Below, piece by piece: positions 1 to 8,136 of a stretch of 51,568 nt of DNA. Origin of the DNA: a virus (Duplodnaviria > Caudoviricetes); IMG/VR virus record IMGVR_UViG_3300028586_000028, positions 1 to 51,568 of that record; one strand, written 5' to 3'. Both the position numbers and the translations under genes were made by a program. The notes beneath the pieces were generated by a model. That model had not been told where the DNA came from. It saw only the letters and a list, made by a program, of their open reading frames with translations, and did not search any database. The first letter of the stretch is position 1, and each line of letters begins with the position of its first letter.

Positions 1-136
1 AACTAGCAGTGCCTCGTTTGTTGTTTGATTAGTATTCATGTTGTCAATTAGTTAATTGTGGCAGCTAGGCCTTATAGGTGAGGGCGTGGGTGCGGGCAGC
101 TTCGGCACGCTTGGCTGAATTCTCACGCTCGCTGGG
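1..136. repeat. Terminal direct repeat, copy 1 (circular overlap)
   Basis: Identical to 51433-51568 except G127 vs T51559. Confidence 0.97.
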
Positions 137-232
137 CTTGATTTCCCGCTTGGCGTGGTTGTCGTAGTAGCCGGCCAGGCGGCCGAAGAAGGCGGCCTTA
201 TCAGCCTCGGTGGTGATGGCGGTGCGGGCCAT
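65..232 (-). CDS. Small hypothetical protein (55 aa, MARTAITTEADKAAFFG...)
   Basis: Hand-translated; packs tightly behind 237-524; below the ORF-track cutoff. Confidence 0.6.
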   Translation of the reverse strand: MARTAITTEADKAAFFGRLAGYYDNHAKREIKPSERENSAKRAEAARTHALTYKA

Positions 233-236
233 CGGA

Positions 237-524
237 CTAGGCGGCGAGACGTGAGAGGCGCTGGCGCTGGGCTTCGCAGGCGCGGCCGTGGGCCAGCAAC
301 TCGTCGAGGCCGCGCATCGGCGGGCCGGCTACCGGGGCCAGCCCAGCAGCCTCGCGGGTGGTGTTCAGCGCCCGAAGCGCGAAGCCGACCGCCTGCTGAG
401 CGCTGAAGCACAGCTTGGCATTGCCGTTGGCGCGGCACTTTTCGAGCGTGGCCAGCGTGTCGTCGTAGTGTAGTTGCCGCTCAGGTAGCAGCGTGTAGGC
501 GAGTTGCTGATAAGCAGAGAGCAT
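237..524 (-). CDS. Hypothetical protein
   Basis: Tight operon packing and protein-like composition. Confidence 0.7.
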   Translation of the reverse strand: MLSAYQQLAYTLLPERQLHYDDTLATLEKCRANGNAKLCFSAQQAVGFALRALNTTREAAGLAPVAGPPMRGLDELLAHGRACEAQRQRLSRLAA

Positions 525-530
525 GGCAGG

Positions 531-764
531 TTAGCGGCTAGGGTTGTGGCAGTATTCATCAGCAGCCATCGCCCCATCGTGGCGGCGGTTGGCCTCGAAG
601 CCGGCGGGGTCGGCGGCGTAGTCGATATTGGCCTGTTCGGTCTGGGCAGCGACAAGGGCGCGGGCATAATGGATGCTGGCGGCGGCCTGGGCGCTGGGGC
701 AGCCGGAGCGGGCCGCGTTGAGCTGGCGGGTGGCGGCGTGGGCTAGGGCGGGGGTGTAGTGCAT
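531..764 (-). CDS. Hypothetical protein
   Basis: Tight operon packing. Confidence 0.65.
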   Translation of the reverse strand: MHYTPALAHAATRQLNAARSGCPSAQAAASIHYARALVAAQTEQANIDYAADPAGFEANRRHDGAMAADEYCHNPSR

Positions 765-770
765 GGTGGG

Positions 771-1085
771 CTAGACTTCTTCGTAGTTGCCGGCCGCCCG
801 CATGGGGTAGATGGGGTAGGAGTCCTCAAGGCGGTCACCTTCTAAGGGCTTGCCTGCACGAATGGCCGCGATGCGACCCAGCGCCTTGTCGAAAGCCTCA
901 TTGAATGCGGTCTCCGTTATATCAACCTCGCCCTTGGTGCGCTCATAGGGCATATTATCGTAGTTGCTCTCATGCGACTCGATTGAGCAGTTAGCGAAAT
1001 GGCAATCTGCGATTGATATCTGCCGGGTAGGGGAGAGATACATGCGCCAAAACGTGCCATTTGACGTGTAAAAGGGGTATTTCAT
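771..1085 (-). CDS. Hypothetical protein (start MKYPFY)
   Basis: Start moved to ATG 1085, after the preceding stop; lower GC. Confidence 0.7.
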   Translation of the reverse strand: MKYPFYTSNGTFWRMYLSPTRQISIADCHFANCSIESHESNYDNMPYERTKGEVDITETAFNEAFDKALGRIAAIRAGKPLEGDRLEDSYPIYPMRAAGNYEEV

Positions 1086-1092
1086 GGCGACA

Positions 1093-1242
1093 CTAAGAGA
1101 AAAGAAGACGGAAGAGGTGAGACACAAAGCGGCCCAGCGGCAGCAGCAGGTAGGCCCAGAGCACGAGGCCGAACGCAAGGGCCGTCAGCAGGTGATAGCC
1201 AGTAGCTAAGCCGTAGAAGAAGCGGAGGGGGCGTGTGAGCAT
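1093..1242 (-). CDS. Small membrane peptide (49 aa, MLTRPLRFFYGLATGYHLLTALAFGLVLWAYLLL...)
   Basis: Hand-translated; one hydrophobic helix; fills the gap. Confidence 0.55.
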   Translation of the reverse strand: MLTRPLRFFYGLATGYHLLTALAFGLVLWAYLLLPLGRFVSHLFRLLFS

Positions 1243-1633
1243 GGCGGGCTAGCGTTTCGCTTTTTGGGTGGCCTCGAACATGAGCCGCATCCCGGCCTGC
1301 GCGATTGCCTCTCCTATGCCTTCGCTCTTTTTGCCGGCAGCGCCAGCAGCAGCCACTAGCAGGTTGTGGAGTAGCTCCGGTCCGACTGCCAGAATGGTTT
1401 CGCCGGCTGTGGTGCGCTTGAGGTTGTGGGTAAAGAAGAATCCTTGTCCAGTTGGCCCATCCAGCGTGAGCGGCAGCTTCTGAATCTCAGATAGGCGCTG
1501 CTCTATTTCTTCTACTAGCTGTGCGAGGCGTTGCTCATCTTTTAATTTCATCTGGCTTTTTGCCTTTATCGCGGGCAGCGTAAGAGTGAGGGAGAAGAAA
1601 TATTAGTGGGGGCGGGTGAGCATGGCGGGCTAG
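1227..1633. repeat. 26-bp direct repeat at 1227-1252 and 1608-1633
   Basis: gggggcg(t/g)gtgagcatggcgggctag, 1 mismatch. Confidence 0.9.
1249..1551 (-). CDS. Hypothetical protein
   Basis: 100-aa ORF bounded by repeats. Confidence 0.75.
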   Translation of the reverse strand: MKLKDEQRLAQLVEEIEQRLSEIQKLPLTLDGPTGQGFFFTHNLKRTTAGETILAVGPELLHNLLVAAAGAAGKKSEGIGEAIAQAGMRLMFEATQKAKR

Positions 1634-1948
1634 AGGGCAGCATATTGGGCTTTGAGCGTCTCCATTTGGGCTTGGTAATGTGCGACCACTGCCGTATGGA
1701 AGGCCGTAGCAAACGGCGCGAGCGAGTGCTCACAGTTGTTGCCCACACCCACCGTCGAAATCAGGCCGGCACTCCGCTGCACCTTATTACTTTGGTGCAA
1801 TTCGACGTAAAAGCCCGAGTCATTTAGGCGGGCTAGGTCGTGCGCCACCTCTGCGATTTGCTTTTGCAGATTGCGGCCCTCAGTAAGTTGCTCGTCAGTC
1901 ATCTGAATATTGCCTTTATCGCGGGCAGCGTAAGAGTGAGGGAGAAGA
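1560..1948. repeat. 39-bp perfect direct repeat at 1560-1598 and 1910-1948
   Basis: ttgcctttatcgcgggcagcgtaagagtgagggagaaga, each copy just upstream of a start codon. Confidence 0.95.
1630..1902 (-). CDS. Hypothetical protein (start MTDEQL)
   Basis: The ATG sits at about the same position relative to the 39-bp repeat as that of 1249-1551. Confidence 0.75.
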   Translation of the reverse strand: MTDEQLTEGRNLQKQIAEVAHDLARLNDSGFYVELHQSNKVQRSAGLISTVGVGNNCEHSLAPFATAFHTAVVAHYQAQMETLKAQYAAL

Positions 1949-1954
1949 GAAAGG

Positions 1955-2191
1955 TTAGCGGGTGATGGCCATCGTGGGCCGGGCGCGGCGGGCGGTTTCG
2001 TGCTGGAGCACCGCCTCGACTTCTTCAATCAGGCTGGGCTTGCGGAAGGCCAGGCCGTAGAGGTGAGTAGCCAGGATGGGCAAGGGCATCCGGCGGCGCA
2101 CTTCGGCGGGGGCGGCGGCTTGCACTTCGGCCAGCTCGGCGAGGTTGATGATGGGCTTGGTGGCGGTGGCGTGGTTGATGTGGAGGGTCAT
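1955..2191 (-). CDS. Hypothetical protein (start MTLHINH)
   Basis: First ORF downstream of the promoter at 2221-2228. Confidence 0.6.
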   Translation of the reverse strand: MTLHINHATATKPIINLAELAEVQAAAPAEVRRRMPLPILATHLYGLAFRKPSLIEEVEAVLQHETARRARPTMAITR

Positions 2192-2204
2192 GGGGGAGGG
2201 CTGT

Positions 2205-2275
2205 GTTTCTATTTCCTCTACAAACATACGACTAAAATAGAAACTTGGAATGCATACTTCTAAAAAAATAGAAAG
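2205..2275 (-). promoter_or_regulatory. Early promoter (TATGTTTG at 2228-2221) with TAGAAA/TTCTA operator-like half sites
   Basis: Matches the Bacteroidota -7 consensus TAnnTTTG; AT-rich intergenic region; TAGAAA at 2238 and 2269. Confidence 0.65.
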
Positions 2276-2280
2276 TATTT

Positions 2281-3033
2281 TCATAAAGAAGCCCCGGCCC
2301 GGTGGCGCACCACCATAGCCGCTACGTTGCGGGCCGCCCGGTTCGTCTCGCTCACGCAGGCGTCGTTGCCAAATGCCCCTGCGGTTTCGATGGCCTCCGT
2401 TGCCAGCATCTCGGATAGTTCAACCGTACGTAACTGTATCATATTCATGAAGTCACGGGGGTTAGCCTTTGGGCCGGCACCAACTTTCTCGCGCACTAAA
2501 GCGGCCGGGCCGCCAAACAGCGGGAAGTACACAGCATTGGTGCAGAGCCGGAACCCCTCGCCAGTGACACCGTGGCGGGCCAGGGCAGCCGTGAATACCA
2601 CACGGGTAGCCTTAGCATTCAGACGCGTAGCGATGTGCTCAGGCGTGAAGCCGCGCCGCTCGTAGGTCTTTACCGCCCGGTCAAGGATAAGGTCAGGGTT
2701 CTTTTCCTCGGCGACGCGCTCCAGGAACGTCTTGTTGACCAACCGGGCCAGCGGCATCGAAAGCGTTTTGGCATACTCTAATGCGATTTCAGGCAGGGCC
2801 ACCGTGCTACCATTGCGGCCAGCCTTCTTTTTCAAAAGGTGCCCCACAGGCACCTTTAAATCAGCAGCCACTTGGGCCAGGTACTCGCGGCCTTCTTTGC
2901 GCTCCCACTGCACTGGCTTCTTATAGGCATTGGCTCCGGCTGCCTTCCAAAGCATAGTGAGGCTAAGGTTGCCGTTCTCGTCCGGCCGAATATCGAAGCC
3001 GTTGAAGCTGAGGGTTGCTAGTTGGTTTTTCAT
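2281..3033 (-). CDS. KilA-N domain protein (antirepressor-like)
   Basis: N-terminal FNGFDIRPDENGNLSLTMLWKAAG...W...GRNGST...IALEYA pattern. Confidence 0.8.
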   Translation of the reverse strand: MKNQLATLSFNGFDIRPDENGNLSLTMLWKAAGANAYKKPVQWERKEGREYLAQVAADLKVPVGHLLKKKAGRNGSTVALPEIALEYAKTLSMPLARLVNKTFLERVAEEKNPDLILDRAVKTYERRGFTPEHIATRLNAKATRVVFTAALARHGVTGEGFRLCTNAVYFPLFGGPAALVREKVGAGPKANPRDFMNMIQLRTVELSEMLATEAIETAGAFGNDACVSETNRAARNVAAMVVRHRAGASL

Positions 3034-3056
3034 AAAAGCAGAATTGCTTTGGTGGG

Positions 3057-3344
3057 TTAAGCAGTTACAGGTTCTAGTGATTCTTCTAGCAGCTGGGCCA
3101 GGGCTTCATCGGGGAGTAGTTCGACGGGGGCGAAGGCCCTCTCGTTCCATCCGCATTCAGGGCCAAGCTCCTTTAGATGCAGATACCAAGTCCCTTCCCA
3201 AGAATATACCCTTTCGACGTGGTAGACAGGGCCAGAGCGGGGAATGTGAGCCGGGCGGGGGCGGGCGTTATCAACAGCGACAGCAGGCCAATTATCATCA
3301 ACGCACACCACGGCCTGCCCTACGTGAAACAGTGACGGCCTCAT
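3057..3344 (-). CDS. Hypothetical protein (FHVGQAVVCVDD N-terminus, common in phages)
   Basis: ATGA overlap with the upstream gene. Confidence 0.75.
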   Translation of the reverse strand: MRPSLFHVGQAVVCVDDNWPAVAVDNARPRPAHIPRSGPVYHVERVYSWEGTWYLHLKELGPECGWNERAFAPVELLPDEALAQLLEESLEPVTA

Positions 3345-3562
3345 GCTGCAAGGGCTTTAGTAGATTCCTTGGCTACTTTCTGCATTTCCTCTAAAATAAC
3401 CCAGTCGAGTACTTTGCCGGCCTTAACATGATAGATTTTTTGCTGGTCCAAATCTGGCCTGCGGTGTCGAATAATTGCAGCGTAATTGGTTGGTAGCTTG
3501 GGGGCCACCGTGGCCAGAGCCTCATTAAAGGCATCGCGGCCGGGGAGTTTCCTGTTAGCCAT
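3341..3562 (-). CDS. Cro-like small DNA-binding protein
   Basis: 73 aa, basic, divergent from the repressor; function inferred from position. Confidence 0.6.
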   Translation of the reverse strand: MANRKLPGRDAFNEALATVAPKLPTNYAAIIRHRRPDLDQQKIYHVKAGKVLDWVILEEMQKVAKESTKALAA

Positions 3563-3574
3563 TTTAACTTTTGG

Positions 3575-3680
3575 TTGTTGAAATTTCTAAAACGTTCGTA
3601 GGTTTGCACCGTAAAACGCCTTCCACCTAGCCTTTAGGTACGACAAATATAAGCACCACGTTTAGAAATTTCTATTTTAT
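3575..3680. promoter_or_regulatory. Lysis-lysogeny switch: face-to-face promoters plus palindromic operators
   Basis: Plus-strand TAGGTTTG at 3599-3606 and minus-strand TATATTTG at 3651-3644. Operators TAGAAATTTCTA at 3663-3674 and TTGAAATTTCTA at 3578-3589. Confidence 0.75.
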
Positions 3681-3701
3681 TCACACTAAACACTCATAAA
3701 A

Positions 3702-4283
3702 ATGGAACAAACTGCTGGAAAGCGCTTAGCGATGCTTATGGAAGCCAAGGGGTTTACTACCCTCACTGCTTTTGAAGCTGCTACGGGCGTGAAGATTGGA
3801 ACAGCGTCCGCTATTATCAACGGGCGCTCCCAGCCGGGCAATAAGGTTATTGCCTTGCTGCGCTTAGCTTTCCCCGGCTTCAATGGGGACTGGCTCCGTG
3901 ATGGGCAGGGTGAAATGTTTGAGCGCAACCTAGCCCCAGCCGCCACGGCGGCCCCTCCACCCCAAATGTCCATCAACCTCGACGTAGAGGATATGACCGA
4001 CGCGCAGCGCGCCGACTTCTACAAGTTCTACTACGAGCGGACGAAGCAGAAGCTGGCTGTAGCCGAGCAAACGATAGCCCAGATGGCCGAAGCCCAGGAG
4101 CACGCGGAAGTGGTGCAACTTGTAGCCCGGTCCGGCGGCCGGTCTTTTCTTAGCGCTAGCCCAGACGCAGCCGATGACGACTACACGCCCCCCGCAATGG
4201 TGGCAGAAACCAATCACGAATACGTAGCGGCTGAAGAAGCCACGCGCCGGGTTGGCTTCAAGTATGGCGTCTCGCTGAGCTAG
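3702..4283 (+). CDS. Phage repressor, XRE-type HTH with C-terminal coiled coil
   Basis: RLAMLMEAKG...AFEAATGV...ASAIINGRSQP...FPGFNGDWLRDGQGEM pattern; no S24 peptidase motif seen. Confidence 0.8.
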   Translation: MEQTAGKRLAMLMEAKGFTTLTAFEAATGVKIGTASAIINGRSQPGNKVIALLRLAFPGFNGDWLRDGQGEMFERNLAPAATAAPPPQMSINLDVEDMTDAQRADFYKFYYERTKQKLAVAEQTIAQMAEAQEHAEVVQLVARSGGRSFLSASPDAADDDYTPPAMVAETNHEYVAAEEATRRVGFKYGVSLS

Positions 4284-4340
4284 TGTAATTGCCCGTTTCG
4301 GTAGGTGATTCGGTTAGTGCCGAAAGCCGCAACTGGGCAA

Positions 4341-4413
4341 GCTGCCAGTAATCAACTAGTTAGGAGCGAAGGTTAACACATCCCATCCTCTCTGCTGATT
4401 GATTACTGGCAGC
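4341..4413. repeat. Perfect 15-bp inverted repeat flanking the attP core
   Basis: gctgccagtaatcaa at 4341-4355 / ttgattactggcagc at 4399-4413. Confidence 0.9.
4380..4395 (+). other. attP core resembling the 3' end of tRNA-Ser (AT-CCCAT-CCTCTCT-G-C)
   Basis: Reads as T-loop end, T-stem 3' arm, acceptor 3' arm and G discriminator. Upstream of the integrase and followed by a terminator. Confidence 0.7.
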
Positions 4414-4447
4414 CCCGATTAGCTCATCTAATCGGGGTTTTTCTTTT
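4413..4447 (+). terminator. Intrinsic terminator downstream of the att core
   Basis: ccccgattag-ctcat-ctaatcgggg followed by TTTTTCTTTT. Confidence 0.85.
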
Positions 4448-4577
4448 AATCCACATTGTACTAACCGACTTTATGCGAAATAGGAGAATGCGGCGTCTTG
4501 CTTGTACTCTCCCGCCCAGCACACTCTCCGGTTATTGCCCCGGTTAGACTGCCATTCCCTCGGGGTGCCCTAACCGA

Positions 4578-5810
4578 ATGCCCCTCCGCTATCGCGTGGT
4601 TCCTCGTTTTTGGTTTACTAAGCCCCAAGGAATGCAAGCAGCTGACTTGCAGCCTACTACTAGGGGCATTATCACCCTTCGCCTGACCGTAAACGGCAAG
4701 CGGACCGACCTCTCCACTGGCGTGCACTGCCTCTACAAGGAATGGGATGCCAAGGCCCAGCGGCTCAAAGGAAACTCCGACCGCGTGAAGTTGGCTAATA
4801 CCAAGTTAACTTCCCTTGTCGATGAAGCAAACGGGCACCACTTAGCCCTGGAGCGGGGCAAGCTGCCGGTCACGGCCGAACGGATGCGCCAGCTCATGCA
4901 GGGGCAGGGCCAGGCCGCCGACGAAACGCTGCTCATGGCGTGGGACGCCTGGGGCCAGCACCAAGAAAGGCGGCACGCGGCGGGGGAAATCACCGCCTAC
5001 ACCGCCAGCCTTTCCGTGCTGCGCAAGCCCCACCTGGAAGGCTGGCTAGGCCACATCGGCCGGAAAAGCTTGCTGACCCGCGAAGTAACCCCCGCCTTGG
5101 TGCGGGATTTTCGCCTGTGGCTGCTCTCCCCGGCCGTGCCTTCCATCAAAAGCGCGGGGTATGCCAATAAGGTAGCGCAGCTGGTCGGTGAGTGCTGCGC
5201 CTGCGCCGTCGAGCGCGGGGCGCTCGCCTACCATCCCTGCCCGAAGCTCAAATTGCCAGCACCAAAAGCGAAGCCGCTGCTGCACCTGACAACAGACCAA
5301 CTCACCGCCCTTACGCGGATGGTCGGCTTGTCCTCCCCGCTGCGCAGAACTCGCGACGGCTTTTTACTCATGTGCTACACCGGCCTGGCCTGGGCAGATG
5401 CGCGGGAGGTGCGCGCTGAGCACGCGACGGAGCCGGACAAGAACGGCCAGCGCTGGCTCAAGCGGCCTCGCAAGAAAACGGATGTACTCTCGCTGATTCC
5501 GCTTTTGCCCGAGGCGGCTGCTTTGTTTGAGCGGTACGCCCCCAAGCCCGTCCCCATCTGCGCCAACCAACTATTCAATGCCAGGCTCAAGCTGCTGGGG
5601 GAGCGCCTGGGGCTGGATTTCCCGCTCACCTCGCACATCGGCCGCAAGACCTTTGCCATGCTGGCCGCTGAGCAAGGCGTGAGCGCGGAGGCCATCGGGG
5701 CCATGCTGGGTCACGTCAATCTCAAGCACTCGCATGTGTACAGCAAGGTTAAGGAAACCCGCGTGCTGCGCGAAATGCGCGAAGCCGGCCTGCTACCTCC
5801 CGCTGCCTAA
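4578..5810 (+). CDS. int: Tyrosine integrase, Bacteroidota type (arm-binding, SAM-like and catalytic domains)
   Basis: LRLTVNGKR...STG...WD arm domain; CYTGLAWAD, RKKT, HIGRKTFA, LGH and VYSK catalytic motifs. Confidence 0.93.
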   Translation: MPLRYRVVPRFWFTKPQGMQAADLQPTTRGIITLRLTVNGKRTDLSTGVHCLYKEWDAKAQRLKGNSDRVKLANTKLTSLVDEANGHHLALERGKLPVTAERMRQLMQGQGQAADETLLMAWDAWGQHQERRHAAGEITAYTASLSVLRKPHLEGWLGHIGRKSLLTREVTPALVRDFRLWLLSPAVPSIKSAGYANKVAQLVGECCACAVERGALAYHPCPKLKLPAPKAKPLLHLTTDQLTALTRMVGLSSPLRRTRDGFLLMCYTGLAWADAREVRAEHATEPDKNGQRWLKRPRKKTDVLSLIPLLPEAAALFERYAPKPVPICANQLFNARLKLLGERLGLDFPLTSHIGRKTFAMLAAEQGVSAEAIGAMLGHVNLKHSHVYSKVKETRVLREMREAGLLPPAA

Positions 5811-5823
5811 CCAGCTCTAATCG

Positions 5824-5994
5824 ATGACCCCCACAAAACTAGCCACTACTATTCTAGCCGCCAACCCCACCTCCTGGAGGGGGAAACGCCGCGCCGCCCG
5901 TCAAGCCCTGGTCCTATTCTTCTCGGAGGCAACCCCTACGAGCTTTCCCCGGTTACCTGGTTGGGTAACACAGCAGCTACGTAGGGTTCCCTAA
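5824..5994 (+). CDS. Small basic peptide (56 aa, MTPTKLATTILAANPTSWRGKRRAARQ...)
   Basis: Hand-translated; lies between int and the terminator. Confidence 0.4.
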   Translation: MTPTKLATTILAANPTSWRGKRRAARQALVLFFSEATPTSFPRLPGWVTQQLRRVP

Positions 5995-5997
5995 TGT

Positions 5998-6030
5998 AAA
6001 AAGCCCCGGCCGGGTAAGGGTCGGGGCTTC
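5998..6030. terminator. Terminator between convergent transcripts
   Basis: aaaaagccccggcc...ggtcggggctt hairpin; U-tract on the minus strand. Confidence 0.75.
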
Positions 6031-6077
6031 GGTTCTTTCCGGTTTCTGATGAGGCTTAGCCGGCTGCCAGTGCCAAG

Positions 6078-6518
6078 TTACACTAATTCAGGATGATGCC
6101 GCCACTCCCTAACAACCGGCCCGGCGAAAACGAGCGTCCAACAGTGTTCGTCAGGTAATGCAATTAGCTTGTGGATGCACTCGGCCGCGATGTGGTGGGC
6201 GGAGCCTTCGCTGCGCAAAATATCCTGCACGTGGCACCCTTCCTCAGTCGGATGGTACACCCGCTCTAAGTAGCTGCCTAGCAGAATGGTGGACTGGAAC
6301 GCTACCGGGTGGCAGTGGGGTGGGCCGGATTCGGTGCCCAGCAAGTGGTGCAGCATTACCCAGGTGCCCGGCCACGCTTCGCCCAGCGTGTACTTGCGTA
6401 GCGGCCCGAAATTTTCCACCTTGAACGGGCGCAGCGGGTCCAAGTGCGGCGGCAATAACTCACGCAGTAGGCCGCCTTTTAGGGTGAGTAGTTCTTCTAA
6501 AGCAAGGTCTTCGTGCAT
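6078..6518 (-). CDS. Cupin-fold (cysteine dioxygenase-like) protein
   Basis: PHCHP..F.S.ILLGSY.E...H...WTLVFAGP pattern. Confidence 0.65.
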   Translation of the reverse strand: MHEDLALEELLTLKGGLLRELLPPHLDPLRPFKVENFGPLRKYTLGEAWPGTWVMLHHLLGTESGPPHCHPVAFQSTILLGSYLERVYHPTEEGCHVQDILRSEGSAHHIAAECIHKLIALPDEHCWTLVFAGPVVREWRHHPELV

Positions 6519-6526
6519 GGGCGGGG

Positions 6527-7066
6527 CTAGTAGTGGAGGAAGAGGAATATGAAAAAGGCCAACTCTACCACGATACCAAACACTAGCAGGCCATTCAAGT
6601 AGCCTTGCAGAATAGCGTTGGCGTTCTCCTGTGTCGGCTCCGCATTACTGGCCCGCAACTGCCGCCACACGTATTGGTCGGGCCAGCGGGCGGCGGTGGG
6701 GGAGGGGCTGGCGTAGAAGCGGGCTTTGTAGGCGAGCCCCATCGCCACGTTCAGCAGCGGGTTGAAGGTGCGGGCGAAGTAGCAGCCCAGCAGCAGCCCC
6801 AGGGCCGCGAAGCTCAGCAGCCCGGCCAGCCAGTCGAAGCGCACCCAGGCCACGGCAGCCGGGACGCCCGTGAGGGCCAGCCAGAACCAAAACCGCAGCC
6901 AGGTGCGGCGGGCGTGGAAGCCGCCTTTGAGCGTGTCGGCGCTGCCATCGGCCTTAATCATGTCGGCATTCACGCCCACCTCCCAGCTGGTGAAGCGCGC
7001 CCACAGCAGTATCGTAGCACCGTGGCACAGCAGCAGCAAGACGGCGAAAAGAATCGGGGGAAACAT
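6527..7066 (-). CDS. Multi-pass membrane protein
   Basis: About 4 hydrophobic segments. Confidence 0.75.
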   Translation of the reverse strand: MFPPILFAVLLLLCHGATILLWARFTSWEVGVNADMIKADGSADTLKGGFHARRTWLRFWFWLALTGVPAAVAWVRFDWLAGLLSFAALGLLLGCYFARTFNPLLNVAMGLAYKARFYASPSPTAARWPDQYVWRQLRASNAEPTQENANAILQGYLNGLLVFGIVVELAFFIFLFLHY

Positions 7067-7135
7067 GGAGTAGTTTGTTGGTTATTATACGGTTAGATCG
7101 TATCTAATGTTGGGTTTATTTCGTATATTTACAGC

Positions 7136-7627
7136 ATGAATCACCCCGCCTGGAGTAACCCACCCCTGCCCGCCACGATGCCTAGCCCGCTAGCGGAGGG
7201 ACTGGCTTATTTGCACGCCACGGAAGAAGTTGCTGACTTTCGAGGCGGACAGTTCCGCTACACCCGCCTGTTCTATATCTGCGACGAAACCGGGGAGCAC
7301 TTTACCACCTGCGATGCTGACAATCACAATACGGAGCAGGTCTACAGCCCTTATCGCGAGCGCTATGGGATTCCTGCTCCGCATGAGTTGACGATGTTCA
7401 GAAAGGGCGTTGGCCTGTCAGCTGCTGTAATGAGCAAGGTGCTAGGGTTTGGGCCTAATCAGTGGGCGCGCTACGAGCAAGGCGAGGTGCCCAGCCGCTC
7501 CAACGGCCTGCTACTGCGGCTGGCGGTTCGCAATGAGGCAGCTTGGTGCTCTTTGCTAGAAGCAGGCAAAACCTTCTTTCACAGCCAGCCCCGCCTTTAC
7601 GAGCGGCTACTGGCGAAAGCAGCCTAG
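7136..7627 (+). CDS. MqsA-family antitoxin-like HTH protein
   Basis: FRG..F.Y...FYICDETGEHFTT...N.EQVY..YRE.YGIP.P.E...RK..GLSA..MSKVLGFG.N...YEQGEVPS resembles Bacteroidota MqsA-type proteins. TATATTTA lies 4 nt before the ATG. Confidence 0.75.
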   Translation: MNHPAWSNPPLPATMPSPLAEGLAYLHATEEVADFRGGQFRYTRLFYICDETGEHFTTCDADNHNTEQVYSPYRERYGIPAPHELTMFRKGVGLSAAVMSKVLGFGPNQWARYEQGEVPSRSNGLLLRLAVRNEAAWCSLLEAGKTFFHSQPRLYERLLAKAA

Positions 7628-7663
7628 CCCTCCCCCTCTCTAGTAATAGGTAGGCAAAACACC

Positions 7664-8116
7664 ATGAGCCAGCTCGTTCAACGCGTCCTTTCTTTCGACC
7701 CTGCGCCGGCCATCGCCAAGGGCTTTGAGCGCGGGGCACTGAAAGAGCGCGTTCGGTTTCAGGCGTACGCCACTATTCCCGACTTCTTCGACCAACCGGA
7801 CCCGAATCGGTGCACCTGCGGGTGCGGGCGGGAACTGACGGGCCGGCAACGGCGGTGGGCGGCCAGCGAGTGCTCAGCATTTGGCCTGGCTGTGCTGCGC
7901 ATTCTCAAGTGCGACGCGGACGTTATCCGCTACTACTTGAGTGAGCAACGCGGGGCCGGCTGCCAGCACTGTGGCGTGATGGATGAGCCGCTGCAAGTGG
8001 ACCACATCCTCCCCGTGCACCGAGGCGGGGGTGGGCGGTGGCTGGATAACTACCAACTACTGTGCGACTCCTGCCACAAGATTAAGACCGCAAAAGACCG
8101 TCGCCACCCCCACTAG
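7664..8116 (+). CDS. HNH endonuclease with N-terminal CxCGCG motif
   Basis: CQHCG...VDHILP...GGG...NYQLLCDSCH. Confidence 0.88.
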   Translation: MSQLVQRVLSFDPAPAIAKGFERGALKERVRFQAYATIPDFFDQPDPNRCTCGCGRELTGRQRRWAASECSAFGLAVLRILKCDADVIRYYLSEQRGAGCQHCGVMDEPLQVDHILPVHRGGGGRWLDNYQLLCDSCHKIKTAKDRRHPH

Positions 8117-8136
8117 GAGAGGGAGCGCGGGCCGAG

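Noticed and set aside
4380-4395. Complete tRNA gene
   Set aside because: Only a 3' fragment is present; the upstream sequence lacks the TTCG T-loop, anticodon arm and D arm.
3702-4395. Integration-dependent repressor truncation
   Set aside because: The repressor stop (4283) lies about 100 bp before the att core.
5375-5400. Integrase inactivation because TGLA replaces TGLR
   Set aside because: Substitution of the first catalytic Arg is known in Bacteroidota integrases (e.g. IntDOT), and the other catalytic motifs are intact.
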